The notes under the pieces were generated by a model. It saw nothing but the letters and a program-made list of their open reading frames with translations, was not told the origin of the DNA and made no database searches. From Candidatus Rifleibacteriota bacterium (GTDB taxonomy: Bacteria > Muiribacteriota > Ozemobacteria > Ozemobacterales > Ozemobacteraceae), in NCBI GenBank assembly GCA_051747585.1, contig JBNJGH010000027.1:1-32879 (forward strand): a stretch of 32,879 nucleotides of DNA, written 5' to 3'. Shown here in pieces: positions 1 through 8,921 of this stretch. Each line of letters opens with the position of its first letter. Position 1 is the first letter of the stretch. A program made the position numbers and the translations under genes.

Positions 1-1
1 T

Positions 2-29
2 TTGACTTTTGTGGGTTTGGTATTATAAT
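2..29 (+). promoter_or_regulatory. sigma70-type promoter for the nucleotide transporter gene
   Basis: TTGACT (2-7), 16-bp spacer, TATAAT (24-29). It overlaps the ORF-track GTG start at 9, so the true start is probably downstream. Confidence 0.55.
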
Positions 30-65
30 AATCGGCAGTCAAAGTTTTATGAAAGCCCTCTGAAA

Positions 66-1568
66 TTGAGTATTAGAAACAGAATAAAAAATGAAGGTTT
101 GCTTGGTGTAGCACCAGAGGAACTCAAAACCACGCTGGTTTCTTTTTCCTATATTTTTTGCATTATCTGCTCTTATTATGTGTTGAAGCCTATAAGGGGC
201 AGCCTCGGAATCGAACTTGGGAAAAACAATCTTCCCATTATGAATTTTCTTTCCATGTTTGTTCTGATTCTGAGTAATGCTGTTTACAGCATGCTGGCAG
301 GGCTGTACCGCAGAGACGTTTTCATACCATTTATCACCAGATTTTTTGCCGGCTGTATTGTTGTTTTCTGGTTTGTTTTTTCCTTTATTTTTCCGGCTGA
401 TCTCAATAAAAACAATGAGGCTGAACTTAAGCCCGAAGTTGCCGCTGAGGAAGGAGTTGCTGCAGAATCTACCGAGCAAAATGACAATCAGAAAAGCGCA
501 AAAGTTCAAAAGGAAAAAAAGAAAGAAGTTAACCTGTTTAAAACAAATTTGCCCCGTGCTATAGCTATTTCGGTCTATTATTTATGGGTCGGGGTTTTTA
601 TTCTCTTTGCCGTAAGTATGTTCTGGTCGTTTATGAACGATATTTTTACTGTGTCTCAAAGTAAAAGGCTGTACGCCATAATTGGTTACGGCGGTCTTAT
701 CGGAGGGGTTGCCGGCAGTTTTATCACTTCAACAATGGTTGATGTAATGGGAACTGCAAATCTTTTACTGCTTGGCCTGGTGCTTCTTTATCCTTCTGTA
801 TGGTGCATGAAGTATGTGCATAACCGTGTTTCAGCTGATAACGAGGGCGCTGATGAAAACTTAGACGAATCCGATGAAATAAAAGATATTGATTCAGAAA
901 AACCTCGAGACACAGTTAGCCCGGCAGATGGATTTTTAGTGACATACCGTACCCCGATTCTGGTTTTTATGGCATTTGAAATGTTCTTTTTTACCTTTAC
1001 CAGCACATTGTTTTACCAGCAGCTCTACGAAATGGTTAACCAGGTCTTTTCAAAGAATACTGACGGGGCAACCGAGTTCTTTGCAGGTTTTTACGGCAAA
1101 ATCACGGTGTTATCTCTGTTCTCCCAGTTTTTCTTAACCAAGCTTGCAATGAAATTGCCTAACCCGGTATGGGGGCTTTTTATTTTTCCGGTTATTCAGG
1201 TTACAGCTACCGGCTTAATGCTTTATGACCCATCTTTGAGCTATGTTTCCTGGGGATTGATTCTTGGAAGTGCGATAAGTTATTCAACCGGTCGCGCTAT
1301 AAAAGAACTTGTTTATATTCCTCTTAATCGAGATCAGAAATATCAGGGTAAAGGTTTTATCGATACGGTAGTTTTCCGTATCGGCGATGGAATATCGGCG
1401 GTAATTCTTATAGGCGGCTTAAATACTCTTGGTTACGGGCAATGGATTGATTTCACCATTCTGGCGGCTATGGCAATTCAGGCTTATGTAATTATGAATA
1501 TTGCCAGGCGTTATGCTGAAAGAGTCAGGGAAAATAGCTTGGAAAAGGCTATTGATAATGCTTCTTGA
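66..1568 (+). CDS. NTP/NDP exchange transporter (TLC / ATP:ADP antiporter family, MFS fold)
   Basis: About 12 hydrophobic segments; family-like motifs 'YYVLKPIR', 'FWSFMNDIF..Q.KRLY..IG.GG..G' and 'KELVYIPL....KY.GKGFIDTVVFRIGD'. Start taken as the in-frame TTG at 66 (ORF open from 9). Confidence 0.8.
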   Translation: MSIRNRIKNEGLLGVAPEELKTTLVSFSYIFCIICSYYVLKPIRGSLGIELGKNNLPIMNFLSMFVLILSNAVYSMLAGLYRRDVFIPFITRFFAGCIVVFWFVFSFIFPADLNKNNEAELKPEVAAEEGVAAESTEQNDNQKSAKVQKEKKKEVNLFKTNLPRAIAISVYYLWVGVFILFAVSMFWSFMNDIFTVSQSKRLYAIIGYGGLIGGVAGSFITSTMVDVMGTANLLLLGLVLLYPSVWCMKYVHNRVSADNEGADENLDESDEIKDIDSEKPRDTVSPADGFLVTYRTPILVFMAFEMFFFTFTSTLFYQQLYEMVNQVFSKNTDGATEFFAGFYGKITVLSLFSQFFLTKLAMKLPNPVWGLFIFPVIQVTATGLMLYDPSLSYVSWGLILGSAISYSTGRAIKELVYIPLNRDQKYQGKGFIDTVVFRIGDGISAVILIGGLNTLGYGQWIDFTILAAMAIQAYVIMNIARRYAERVRENSLEKAIDNAS

Positions 1569-1586
1569 CCTTGTCGAATAAAGTAT

Positions 1587-1628
1587 AAAAAAATAACCGG
1601 CACCGCTATTTGCAGGCCGGTCTTTTTT
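1587..1628. terminator. probable bidirectional intrinsic terminator between convergent genes
   Basis: ACCGGC...GCCGGT stem flanked by an A-tract and a T-tract. Confidence 0.5.
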
Positions 1629-1630
1629 AT

Positions 1631-2440
1631 TTAGCAGAAATAGGCTTCGTCAACCTTTTGCAGGCAACGGCAGTTTTGTTTGCTCTCAGGTATGGTTTTA
1701 ACCAGTCTGACAAGAATTTTTTGCAGAATACCTATGTTGTTTTGAAACATTTTCATTACTTCTTTTGTTGACACTTCTTCGACATCGCCTACCAGCCCTG
1801 CATCATAGTCGGTTATCATTGCTATATTAACAATACAGATGCCAAGCTCCTGAGCTAGAACAACTTCCGGATACTGAGTCATATTGACCGTATCCCAACC
1901 CATCTGGGTGAACCATTTGCTTTCTGCTTTGGTAGAGAATCTTGGCCCATTGATTATTACCATTGTACCTTCTCTGTGTGCAACCGCATTTTCGGCTTCT
2001 ATTGCTTTAAATGCAAGCTTTCTGAGCTCGGGACAGTATGGATCTGCCGAAGCTATATGCATAACTTCAGGACCATCGTTAAAGGTGTCTTTCCTATTTT
2101 TAGTGCGATCTACAAACTGGTCGGTAACAACAAAATCTCCGGGTTTAATGTGTTCTTGAAGAGAGCCACAGGCACAGGGCGAAATAATCCTTTTAACGCC
2201 CAGTTCTTTCATTGCCCAGAGATTAGCCTGAAAATTAATTTTATGAGGCGGTATGCTGTGATTGCGTCCATGTCGAGGTAGAAACGCTACTTTTTTGTTT
2301 TCGATTGTACATATATCGATTAAATCGCTTGGCTGGCCGTAAGGAGTATTTATTTTAACTGATTCAATATTTTCGGCAGCAAACTTATACATGCCACTTC
2401 CGCTGAAAATGCCGATATCAGCCTGATATTTTTTGGTCAT
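1631..2440 (-). CDS. mtnP: S-methyl-5'-thioadenosine phosphorylase (PNP/MTAP family 2)
   Basis: 'GIFSGSG', 'TPYG.PS', 'FLPRHG..H.IPPH.IN', 'GPRFSTKAES', 'NMT..PE..LA.E', 'TDYD'. ATG at 2440 follows an AAAGGA SD (ORF open from 2458). Confidence 0.92.
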   Translation of the reverse strand: MTKKYQADIGIFSGSGMYKFAAENIESVKINTPYGQPSDLIDICTIENKKVAFLPRHGRNHSIPPHKINFQANLWAMKELGVKRIISPCACGSLQEHIKPGDFVVTDQFVDRTKNRKDTFNDGPEVMHIASADPYCPELRKLAFKAIEAENAVAHREGTMVIINGPRFSTKAESKWFTQMGWDTVNMTQYPEVVLAQELGICIVNIAMITDYDAGLVGDVEEVSTKEVMKMFQNNIGILQKILVRLVKTIPESKQNCRCLQKVDEAYFC

Positions 2441-2524
2441 TAATTTGTTTCCTTTCAAATCAAAAGAATTAACTGAATTCTAACATAACAAAAAATCTTT
2501 TGTCTTATCTCAAAAAACGGCCAT

Positions 2525-2554
2525 AAAAAAAGCCGCCTTCAAGGCGGCTTTTTT
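2525..2554. terminator. intrinsic terminator of tig-clpP-clpX (bidirectional form)
   Basis: AAAAAAAGCCGCCTTCAAGGCGGCTTTTTT perfect inverted repeat. Confidence 0.9.
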
Positions 2555-2576
2555 GTTTGTTTTTTATATGCTTAAG

Positions 2577-3821
2577 TCAAGCTGTTTGAGTTGCTTCTAC
2601 TTTGTAGATAATCTGGTAGGGCTCTTTCTTTTCAACACAACGCTCATGTATGATGACTTTGCCTATATTGCCGTCTGAAGGAATATCATACATCAGATCG
2701 AGCATAAGCTCTTCTATAATTCTTCTAAGACCTCTTGCGCCGGTATTCTGCTTAATTGCATTTCTAGCAATTGCATGCATGGCTTTGGGCGTTATTTCAA
2801 GCTCGACTCCTTCCATGTTCAAAAGCCTGGAAAATTGTTTTACCAGAGCGTCTTTGGGCTCTACCAATATCTTAACCAGATCTTCTGCCTGAAGGTTATT
2901 GAAAGTTGCAAGAATCGGAACCCTGCCGATAAACTCCGGAATCATTCCGAACTTGAGCAGATCTTCGGGCATCACCTCTTTTAGAAGATTCCCTATGCGT
3001 CTTTCGTTGCGGGTGATTGGAATTGAACCGAATCCCATTGTTTTGCTGATAGTTCTTGATTCGATTAGTTTTTCCAGGCCTTCAAATGAGCCGCCTAAGA
3101 GGAAAAGAACATTCTTGGTGTTGATCTGAATGAAATCCTGGTGCGGATGCTTACGGCCACCCTGAGGTGGGACATGCGCAATTTTTCCTTCCAGAAGTTT
3201 TAACAGAGCCTGCTGAACCCCTTCCCCGGAAACGTCTCTTGTTATCGAAACATTTTCGCTTTTGCGGGCAATTTTATCAATTTCATCAATATAAACAATG
3301 CCGCGCTCTGCTTTTTGAACATCATAATCTGCTGCTCTGAGAAGGTTTAGCAGGATGCTTTCAACATCTTCACCGACATAGCCTGCCTCGGTAAGGGTCG
3401 TTGCATCTGCAATACAGAATGGAACATTCAACAGACGGGCCAGGGTTTGAGCGATGTGCGTTTTTCCTGAGCCTGTGGGGCCAATAAGAAGAACATTGGA
3501 CTTTTGAACTTCTACGTCATCCTTTTGTGATTCTTCCAGGGTAATTCTTTTGTAATGGTTGTAGACAGCCACTGATAATACTTTCTTGGCTCTTTCCTGT
3601 CCTACAACATACTGATTGAGAAATTTGACAATTTCCTGAGGCTTGAGGATGTTCTGCATCTCAAGTGGAGCATCATCTTCAAGCTCTTCCAGGATTATTT
3701 CATTACAAAGGCCAATACATTCATCGCAAATGTAAACTTCGGGCCCGGCTATAAGCTTTTTAACCTGATCCTGACTCTTTCCACAGAAAGAGCAACGGAA
3801 TTGAGGGGTCTTAGATAGCAT
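2577..3821 (-). CDS. clpX: ATP-dependent Clp protease ATP-binding subunit ClpX
   Basis: N-terminal C4 zinc finger (CSFCGK...ICDEC), Walker A GPTGSGKT, Walker [13 protein letters not shown] loop, MGF (IGF-type) loop, GARGLR. Confidence 0.99.
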   Translation of the reverse strand: MLSKTPQFRCSFCGKSQDQVKKLIAGPEVYICDECIGLCNEIILEELEDDAPLEMQNILKPQEIVKFLNQYVVGQERAKKVLSVAVYNHYKRITLEESQKDDVEVQKSNVLLIGPTGSGKTHIAQTLARLLNVPFCIADATTLTEAGYVGEDVESILLNLLRAADYDVQKAERGIVYIDEIDKIARKSENVSITRDVSGEGVQQALLKLLEGKIAHVPPQGGRKHPHQDFIQINTKNVLFLLGGSFEGLEKLIESRTISKTMGFGSIPITRNERRIGNLLKEVMPEDLLKFGMIPEFIGRVPILATFNNLQAEDLVKILVEPKDALVKQFSRLLNMEGVELEITPKAMHAIARNAIKQNTGARGLRRIIEELMLDLMYDIPSDGNIGKVIIHERCVEKKEPYQIIYKVEATQTA

Positions 3822-3823
3822 GC

Positions 3824-4432
3824 TTACTCCTCGTTGGATTTTGCATCAACAGCTTTTCGCTGAACTACCTCGTCAATAAGGCCGTAATCTTTTGCTTCTT
3901 TGGAAGACATGAAGAAATCGCGGTCTGTATCTTTTTTGATGCGTTTGGAGGACTGATTTGTGTGATGAATTAGAATATCATTGAGCATCTCTTTAATTCT
4001 TATAATTTCCTGAGCCTGAATCTCAATATCACTTGCCTGCCCCTGAGCACCGCCTAACGGTTGATGTATCATAATTCTGGAATTAGGAAGGGCGTATCTC
4101 TTACCCTTAGCTCCTGCGGCCAGTAATACTGCACCCATGCTGGCGGCCTGACCAATGCAGATTGTGCTTACATCGGGTTTGATATACTGCATTGTATCAT
4201 AGATCGCCATTCCAGCAGTTACAACACCGCCCGGGCTGTTAATGTAAATTGAGATGTCCTTTTCGGGATCTTCAGATTCCAGGAAAAGAAGCTGAGCAAT
4301 AACGACATCCGCAAGCGAATCGTCTATTCCGCCACCAATAAAAATAATTCTGTCTTTAAGTAGGCGAGAATATATATCGAAAGCTCGTTCGCCACGGCTG
4401 CTTTGTTCAATAACTATTGGTACAAGTGTCAC
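3824..4432 (-). CDS. clpP: ATP-dependent Clp protease proteolytic subunit ClpP
   Basis: '[13 protein letters not shown]', 'YINSPGG', catalytic 'AASMG' Ser, 'MIHQP' His, 'DRD'; GTG start overlaps the tig stop. Confidence 0.99.
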   Translation of the reverse strand: MTLVPIVIEQSSRGERAFDIYSRLLKDRIIFIGGGIDDSLADVVIAQLLFLESEDPEKDISIYINSPGGVVTAGMAIYDTMQYIKPDVSTICIGQAASMGAVLLAAGAKGKRYALPNSRIMIHQPLGGAQGQASDIEIQAQEIIRIKEMLNDILIHHTNQSSKRIKKDTDRDFFMSSKEAKDYGLIDEVVQRKAVDAKSNEE

Positions 4433-5766
4433 GCTTCAGTTTCCCCCTTGTTTAATTCGGCTTCTTTCACCATATCGTAATTAACTTGATTATTTTTTAG
4501 TAAAAAATCACGAATTTTTTGACTGCGCAAAGATAATTTTACATTTTCTTCGCCTTCGCCGCCGGAAAGAGTGCTGAGAAGCTTTTCTACAGGCATGCCA
4601 TACTCTTTTGCTCTTTTTTCGATTTCTTCGCGATAATCAGCGTCGGTTACTTCAATATTTTCACGATCGCCAATTGTATCGAGAATAAGCATAATTTTGG
4701 TCTGGCGAGTTGCTTTATCTCTAAAAGTTTCGCGGAATTCATTTACGTCTTTGCCGGAATTTCTCAGATAATCCTGGATGGTTGTGCCATATTGGCGCCA
4801 TCTGCGATCCAGGCTCTGAATGAAAAAGTCTATGGTATTTTGAATCATGGCTTCAGGAACTTCAAACTGATATTCTTCCATGATTTGATCTATGATAGAG
4901 TCGAAAGCTCTTTCTTCTGCATCATACTTAGCTCGCTCTTCGAGATCTTCTTTAATCTTATTTTTCATTTCATCAAATGAATTGAATTCTTCACTGATTT
5001 TTTTGGCGAACTCATCATTGAGATCGGGAAGGGTCGGGCGGGAGATTCTCTTTAAAGTAACTTTGTAATCGAGAGCTTTCCCGGCATATTTAGAATTCTT
5101 GTCTTCTTCGCTGTCGATGTCAACTTTAAATTCTCTGGTTTCACCAACCTTCATCCCTTTGCAATGACCAAAAACCTTGTCATTTTCCTCAAACTTATGG
5201 GTAGCTTTGTCATCGGAAAGCTCAGAATCAACATTGCCTTCGCAAGAAACTTCAACTTCAGCCACCATAAAGTCGCCATTCTGAAGAACGCCGTCTTCAA
5301 CAGGTTCGGTTTTACTATACTGTTCCTGAAGCTGGTTTAAAACCTTTTCGACGCTTTCATCGTCTACAACTTCATGCTGAACCTGAGTAGTGAAATCGGA
5401 ATATTTAAATTCACCAAGCTGTGGTTTTACTTCGAATATTGCTTTGAAAGTAAATGGTTCGTTTTCTTTAAGATTAGATTCTTCTAATTCAAATTTGCTG
5501 ACAGGCTGGAGCTCAGTTTCCTTAATTGCCTGTGGGTAGGCTTCCTGAACCAGTTCTTCTTCTACCTGGTCTCGAACTGAATCCGGACCGATATACTTTG
5601 CCAGAACAGATTTTGGGGCTTTACCCTGACGGAAACCCGGAATTCTGATTGAGCGCGCAGCTCTGCGATAAAAGCTGTTGTAAGCGGCATTAACTTTTTC
5701 TGTTTCTACTTCGACAGTTAATGCTACCTTGTTGGCATCCAGCTCTTGTACCTGTGTTTTTAACAT
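4429..5766 (-). CDS. tig: trigger factor
   Basis: Ribosome-binding signature PGFRQGKAP, typical length, canonical tig-clpP-clpX order, AAGGAG SD. Confidence 0.97.
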   Translation of the reverse strand: MLKTQVQELDANKVALTVEVETEKVNAAYNSFYRRAARSIRIPGFRQGKAPKSVLAKYIGPDSVRDQVEEELVQEAYPQAIKETELQPVSKFELEESNLKENEPFTFKAIFEVKPQLGEFKYSDFTTQVQHEVVDDESVEKVLNQLQEQYSKTEPVEDGVLQNGDFMVAEVEVSCEGNVDSELSDDKATHKFEENDKVFGHCKGMKVGETREFKVDIDSEEDKNSKYAGKALDYKVTLKRISRPTLPDLNDEFAKKISEEFNSFDEMKNKIKEDLEERAKYDAEERAFDSIIDQIMEEYQFEVPEAMIQNTIDFFIQSLDRRWRQYGTTIQDYLRNSGKDVNEFRETFRDKATRQTKIMLILDTIGDRENIEVTDADYREEIEKRAKEYGMPVEKLLSTLSGGEGEENVKLSLRSQKIRDFLLKNNQVNYDMVKEAELNKGETEA

Positions 5767-5881
5767 TTGTTACAGCTCCTTCTTGGAGAAAATTACTTTA
5801 TAAAATTCTTTAACAGCTTATAAACCGAGTTAAAGCTGAAAAATAAACAAATCCTCGAAAAGGTATCAAGGTGAATAAGGA

Positions 5882-5910
5882 ATTATAGATTATTAGCCTC
5901 TAAATGTAAA
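5882..5910 (-). promoter_or_regulatory. sigma70-type promoter of the tig operon
   Basis: Minus strand TTTACA-17 bp-TATAAT. Confidence 0.65.
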
Positions 5911-5994
5911 GACCCGGGTAAGTGGCTCAGGGCAATCGCATTAAAATCCTCAACCCCTCATTAATTCATGAGGACAGGTTTTTTCATCGAAATT

Positions 5995-6016
5995 TCGGTA
6001 TCGCTATCGGGATCGC
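5995..6016. repeat. short 6-bp-periodic TCG-nnn repeat (REP-like)
   Basis: TCGGTA TCGCTA TCGGGA TCGC; its reverse complement resembles 6957-6976. Confidence 0.55.
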
Positions 6017-6087
6017 TTCTCAATATCGAAAAATTAAAATCATTTAAACAAAACAATTTTGTCGTTTGCCAATATGATAAATAGGGT

Positions 6088-6116
6088 TTGCTTTAAAGCC
6101 GGCTAAGTTTTAATAT
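6088..6116 (+). promoter_or_regulatory. sigma70-type promoter of the TerB-like gene
   Basis: TTGCTT-17 bp-TAATAT. Confidence 0.55.
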
Positions 6117-6162
6117 GTTGATAGTGTAAAAAACTGATTGATAATTCCGGGAGGTTGTAAAT

Positions 6163-6573
6163 ATGTTTTTAAGAGATCTGAACGAGCATCAGCAGAAGCT
6201 TTTTCTCGGGGTAGCCAGAGAGCTTATTGAAGCCGATAATGAGATCAGTGACCAGGAATCAGCTATGATTGCCTCTTTAAGTGCTGAAATGGGCCAGCAG
6301 GAGCTCATTAGAAACCCATCTGACGAAGTTCTGCAGCAATTTTTTCCTGACAAAAATAGTCGGGTCGCTATAATGCTTGAGCTTGTTGCTCTTTCGGGTT
6401 GTGATGATAAAATTTCTGAAGAAGAAAATGAAATTATTAAAAGATTGCAAAAATTATTTGATATTTCTGATGATGAAATAGAGAGTTATAAGAACTGGGT
6501 CAAAAAACTATACGCTACCTATGGCGAGGCAGCTAAATTTTTTGAAACAAGCAGCCAGCCACCAGCTGCATAG
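6163..6573 (+). CDS. TerB-like / DjlA N-terminal-like helical protein
   Basis: Duplicated TerB-type motif 'ADNEISDQE' and 'CDDKISEEE'; GGGAGG SD. Confidence 0.75.
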   Translation: MFLRDLNEHQQKLFLGVARELIEADNEISDQESAMIASLSAEMGQQELIRNPSDEVLQQFFPDKNSRVAIMLELVALSGCDDKISEEENEIIKRLQKLFDISDDEIESYKNWVKKLYATYGEAAKFFETSSQPPAA

Positions 6574-6599
6574 TTCTTATTTATAAAATTCAGCTTAAT

Positions 6600-6635
6600 A
6601 AAAAAGACCCTTCGGTTGTGCCGAAGGGTCTTTTT
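6600..6635. terminator. intrinsic terminator after the TerB-like gene
   Basis: AAAAAGACCCTTCGG-TTGTG-CCGAAGGGTCTTTTT. Confidence 0.9.
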
Positions 6636-6656
6636 ATAAATGTATATTTTAACACG

Positions 6657-6693
6657 AAAAAAAAGCTGCTCCCGTTATGGGACCAGCTTTTTT
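6657..6693. terminator. intrinsic terminator, probably of the tRNA-Leu/tRNA-Gly transcript
   Basis: A-tract-GCTGCTCCC-GTTAT-GGGACCAGC-T-tract just 3' of tRNA-Gly on the minus strand. Confidence 0.75.
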
Positions 6694-6703
6694 GTTATAT
6701 CGG

Positions 6704-6776
6704 AGCGAGAGACGGGACTCGAACCCGCGACCATCTGCTTGGAAGGCAGAGACTCTACCAATTGAGTTACTCTCGC
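6704..6776 (-). tRNA. tRNA-Gly (TCC)
   Basis: GCGAGAG acceptor stem, anticodon loop CTTCCAA, GTTCGAG T-loop; followed by CCG, not CCA. Confidence 0.97.
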
Positions 6777-6796
6777 ATTTATTTCCAGCTACCGGG

Positions 6797-6878
6797 TGCG
6801 AAGGGCGGGACTCGAACCCGCACGGTAATCACCACTAGATCCTAAGTCTAGCGCGTCTGCCAATTTCGCCACCCTCGC
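6797..6878 (-). tRNA. tRNA-Leu (TAG)
   Basis: GCGAGGG acceptor stem, anticodon loop CTTAGGA, long variable arm, GTTCGAG; followed by CCC. Confidence 0.97.
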
Positions 6879-6897
6879 GAAATATCATTACCAAATG

Positions 6898-6926
6898 ATC
6901 CTAACAGAAATCGGCCGAAAACTCAA
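6898..6926 (-). promoter_or_regulatory. sigma70-type promoter of tRNA-Leu/tRNA-Gly
   Basis: Minus strand TTGAGT-17 bp-TAGGAT with extended TGn. Confidence 0.65.
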
Positions 6927-6955
6927 GAAAAAATTGTCAGTGGATTTGTTTCAAT

Positions 6956-7041
6956 TCGATCCCGATACCGATAGCGATAGCGAACCCGAGACTCGAATTA
7001 ACATCGCAATTCGATATCGGCGTCGGGACTCGCTTTTCGAT
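6956..7041. repeat. imperfect palindromic 6-bp-periodic CGA/TCG repeat (REP/MITE-like)
   Basis: CGATCC CGATAC CGATAG CGATAG CGAACC CGAGAC, followed by TCG-periodic units in the opposite orientation. Confidence 0.6.
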
Positions 7042-7098
7042 CTTTTAATTTACTTAGATAAGAAAAAAAAAAATCAGAATTTGTTATACTCATCATCT

Positions 7099-7605
7099 AT
7101 GAACAGAGATGATATTTTTGTTTCCGATATGGATTTCGATCATTTTGACGAAATTTTTCGTCAAGAACTGTCCCGTATCCCGGATAAATTCAGAGAGGGA
7201 GTTTCGCAGTTCATTATCGAAGAAAAAGAATATCGCTACAGCAAATATATGCCGGGGCTGTATACCCTGGGCCAGTATATGCCCAGAGGTTATCTGGGGC
7301 ACCCTGTCGTCGTTTTGTATTTTGGCTCGTTTAAGCGTGCTTTCCCCCATGCGAAACCCGCAAAACTCAAAAAAGAAGTGGCAAAAACTATTGCCCATGA
7401 ATTATTGCATCATTGGGAATTAAAATCTGGCTATGACAAACTTGGCGAAGAAGATAAAAAAAGTCTTGAAGAATATCGTGCGAAAACCGGTTACAACAAA
7501 AACAAGCCCTCAATTGGGCAGAATTTAACCGAGGTAGCCCTTTATATTTATCTCGTATTTATTTCTATTGCCGTTTTTGCCCGCTGGGTCGGCCTTAACT
7601 TTTAA
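7099..7605 (+). CDS. minimal zincin-like metallopeptidase (Zincin_1/DUF1025-like) with C-terminal TM helix
   Basis: 'L..IP..F', 'LG.Y', 'VLY...F', HExxH in 'TIAHELLHH', C-terminal hydrophobic helix. The ORF-track start at 6895 reads through a promoter and repeat; ATG 7099 follows TGnTATACT. Confidence 0.75.
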   Translation: MNRDDIFVSDMDFDHFDEIFRQELSRIPDKFREGVSQFIIEEKEYRYSKYMPGLYTLGQYMPRGYLGHPVVVLYFGSFKRAFPHAKPAKLKKEVAKTIAHELLHHWELKSGYDKLGEEDKKSLEEYRAKTGYNKNKPSIGQNLTEVALYIYLVFISIAVFARWVGLNF

Positions 7606-7643
7606 TTGCCAGTCTCTTAGTGGCTGTGGGGATTTGAAAGATC

Positions 7644-7672
7644 TTGCTGTAGTTTTTGAAAATCGTTATAAT
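7644..7672 (+). promoter_or_regulatory. sigma70-type promoter
   Basis: TTGCTG-17 bp-TATAAT. Confidence 0.6.
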
Positions 7673-7715
7673 AAAAGGGTATGGCTGTAATTTTTGTTTC
7701 AGAAATGAGGTACTG

Positions 7716-8759
7716 ATGAAAAAAATTGTATTGTTATTGGCCCTTGTCGTTGCTTTGCCTTCATTCGTCGGCGCCGGAGTTTTTTATAGGGTTAACGGTA
7801 TTATCGATATTCAGGAAAACTTTGTGGTTTTAACCACTGATGATTGCAGAGTTTTCCAACTTGATATGTCGCGTTCAAAAGCAGCACAATTTGACGGTAA
7901 AATTGTTCAAGTAGATGCTGTAGCAAAAGATTCCACTAAATTAAGAAAATTGAAGGTTAAAAAAATAAGGCCCTTTAAAAAAAGAATTCTGATTAAAGAC
8001 AATCGAGATTATAAAAATCATCAGAAATCGGCTAACTTTGTTAAAGCGACAAAATCGGAAATAATAATTGGCAATGTACGCTGGGCAAGAAAAAATCCCG
8101 ACAAAAAAGATTTGCCCAGAAGTCAGGCCGAATTTCACTGGCGAAAAGTAAAAATCAAACCCGAACTTATAGATGAAATTTATTTTGTTAAATTACCATT
8201 CCCGCCCGAGTGGATCGCCGCGCACTGTCTAATGCTCTATACTTTTAAAGATGGCGGGCTTGTCGATAACCAGGGAAACAAATCAACCGGCCTGGTTTTA
8301 AGTATTGAGGCTTACCAGACAAAAGATCAGAAGTATTCGCTGACCGAAGGTCTCAAGAAAGCATTTGGTATTGTATGGATTCTTGCCACCTGGGAGAACT
8401 ATGCGGCAGAAACCTGCTATTATGACAATAAAAAAATGGTACCTTATCCGGTTAAATTTAATCACAGACAAAAAGTTGCTTTGCTCAAAGAAACTTTAAA
8501 GCAGTCTTTGGTTAATCGTAAGGGCGAATATTATCACACCACTAGAAATAATTGTACCAACAATCTGGTTATACTCTTAGACAAGATTTCGAAAACCAAA
8601 ATCAGATACTGGACAATTCCAAGCATGATTTACAACGTCAGAGCCACAATGCCTACTATGGTTCCCCGTTATCTGCAAAAGAAAGGCCTTATTGAAAAAG
8701 AAAAGCAGGAAATCAATGAAAAGAATTTCTTTGTCGATCCCCGTAAATTGCTGAAGTAA
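7716..8759 (+). CDS. secreted DUF4105 (Lnb N-terminal-like) domain protein
   Basis: Signal peptide MKKIVLLLAL...VGA; 'AHCLMLY.F', 'LSIEA', 'YHTTRNNCTNN'; GAGG SD before ATG 7716. Confidence 0.7.
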   Translation: MKKIVLLLALVVALPSFVGAGVFYRVNGIIDIQENFVVLTTDDCRVFQLDMSRSKAAQFDGKIVQVDAVAKDSTKLRKLKVKKIRPFKKRILIKDNRDYKNHQKSANFVKATKSEIIIGNVRWARKNPDKKDLPRSQAEFHWRKVKIKPELIDEIYFVKLPFPPEWIAAHCLMLYTFKDGGLVDNQGNKSTGLVLSIEAYQTKDQKYSLTEGLKKAFGIVWILATWENYAAETCYYDNKKMVPYPVKFNHRQKVALLKETLKQSLVNRKGEYYHTTRNNCTNNLVILLDKISKTKIRYWTIPSMIYNVRATMPTMVPRYLQKKGLIEKEKQEINEKNFFVDPRKLLK

Positions 8760-8779
8760 ATAACAGATTAAAAATCCTG

Positions 8780-8810
8780 AAAAAGAGGCCGTTTCGGTCT
8801 CTTTTTTTTT
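8780..8810 (+). terminator. intrinsic terminator
   Basis: AAAAAGAGGCCG-TTT-CGGTCTCTTTTTTTTT. Confidence 0.85.
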
Positions 8811-8921
8811 GCGATTATCGCAACCTGCCATTTAAATAAATGCTTCGACAAGGCAAAAAAACGTAAAAATCGCAAAATCAACCAATGAATACAAATGGAG
8901 AATTACTGTTATAATAATGAC

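Noticed and set aside
6895..7098. N-terminal extension of the zincin ORF containing 'DPDTDSDSEPET'
   Set aside because: It is a translation of the hexamer repeat and the tRNA promoter; a better start with a promoter lies at 7099
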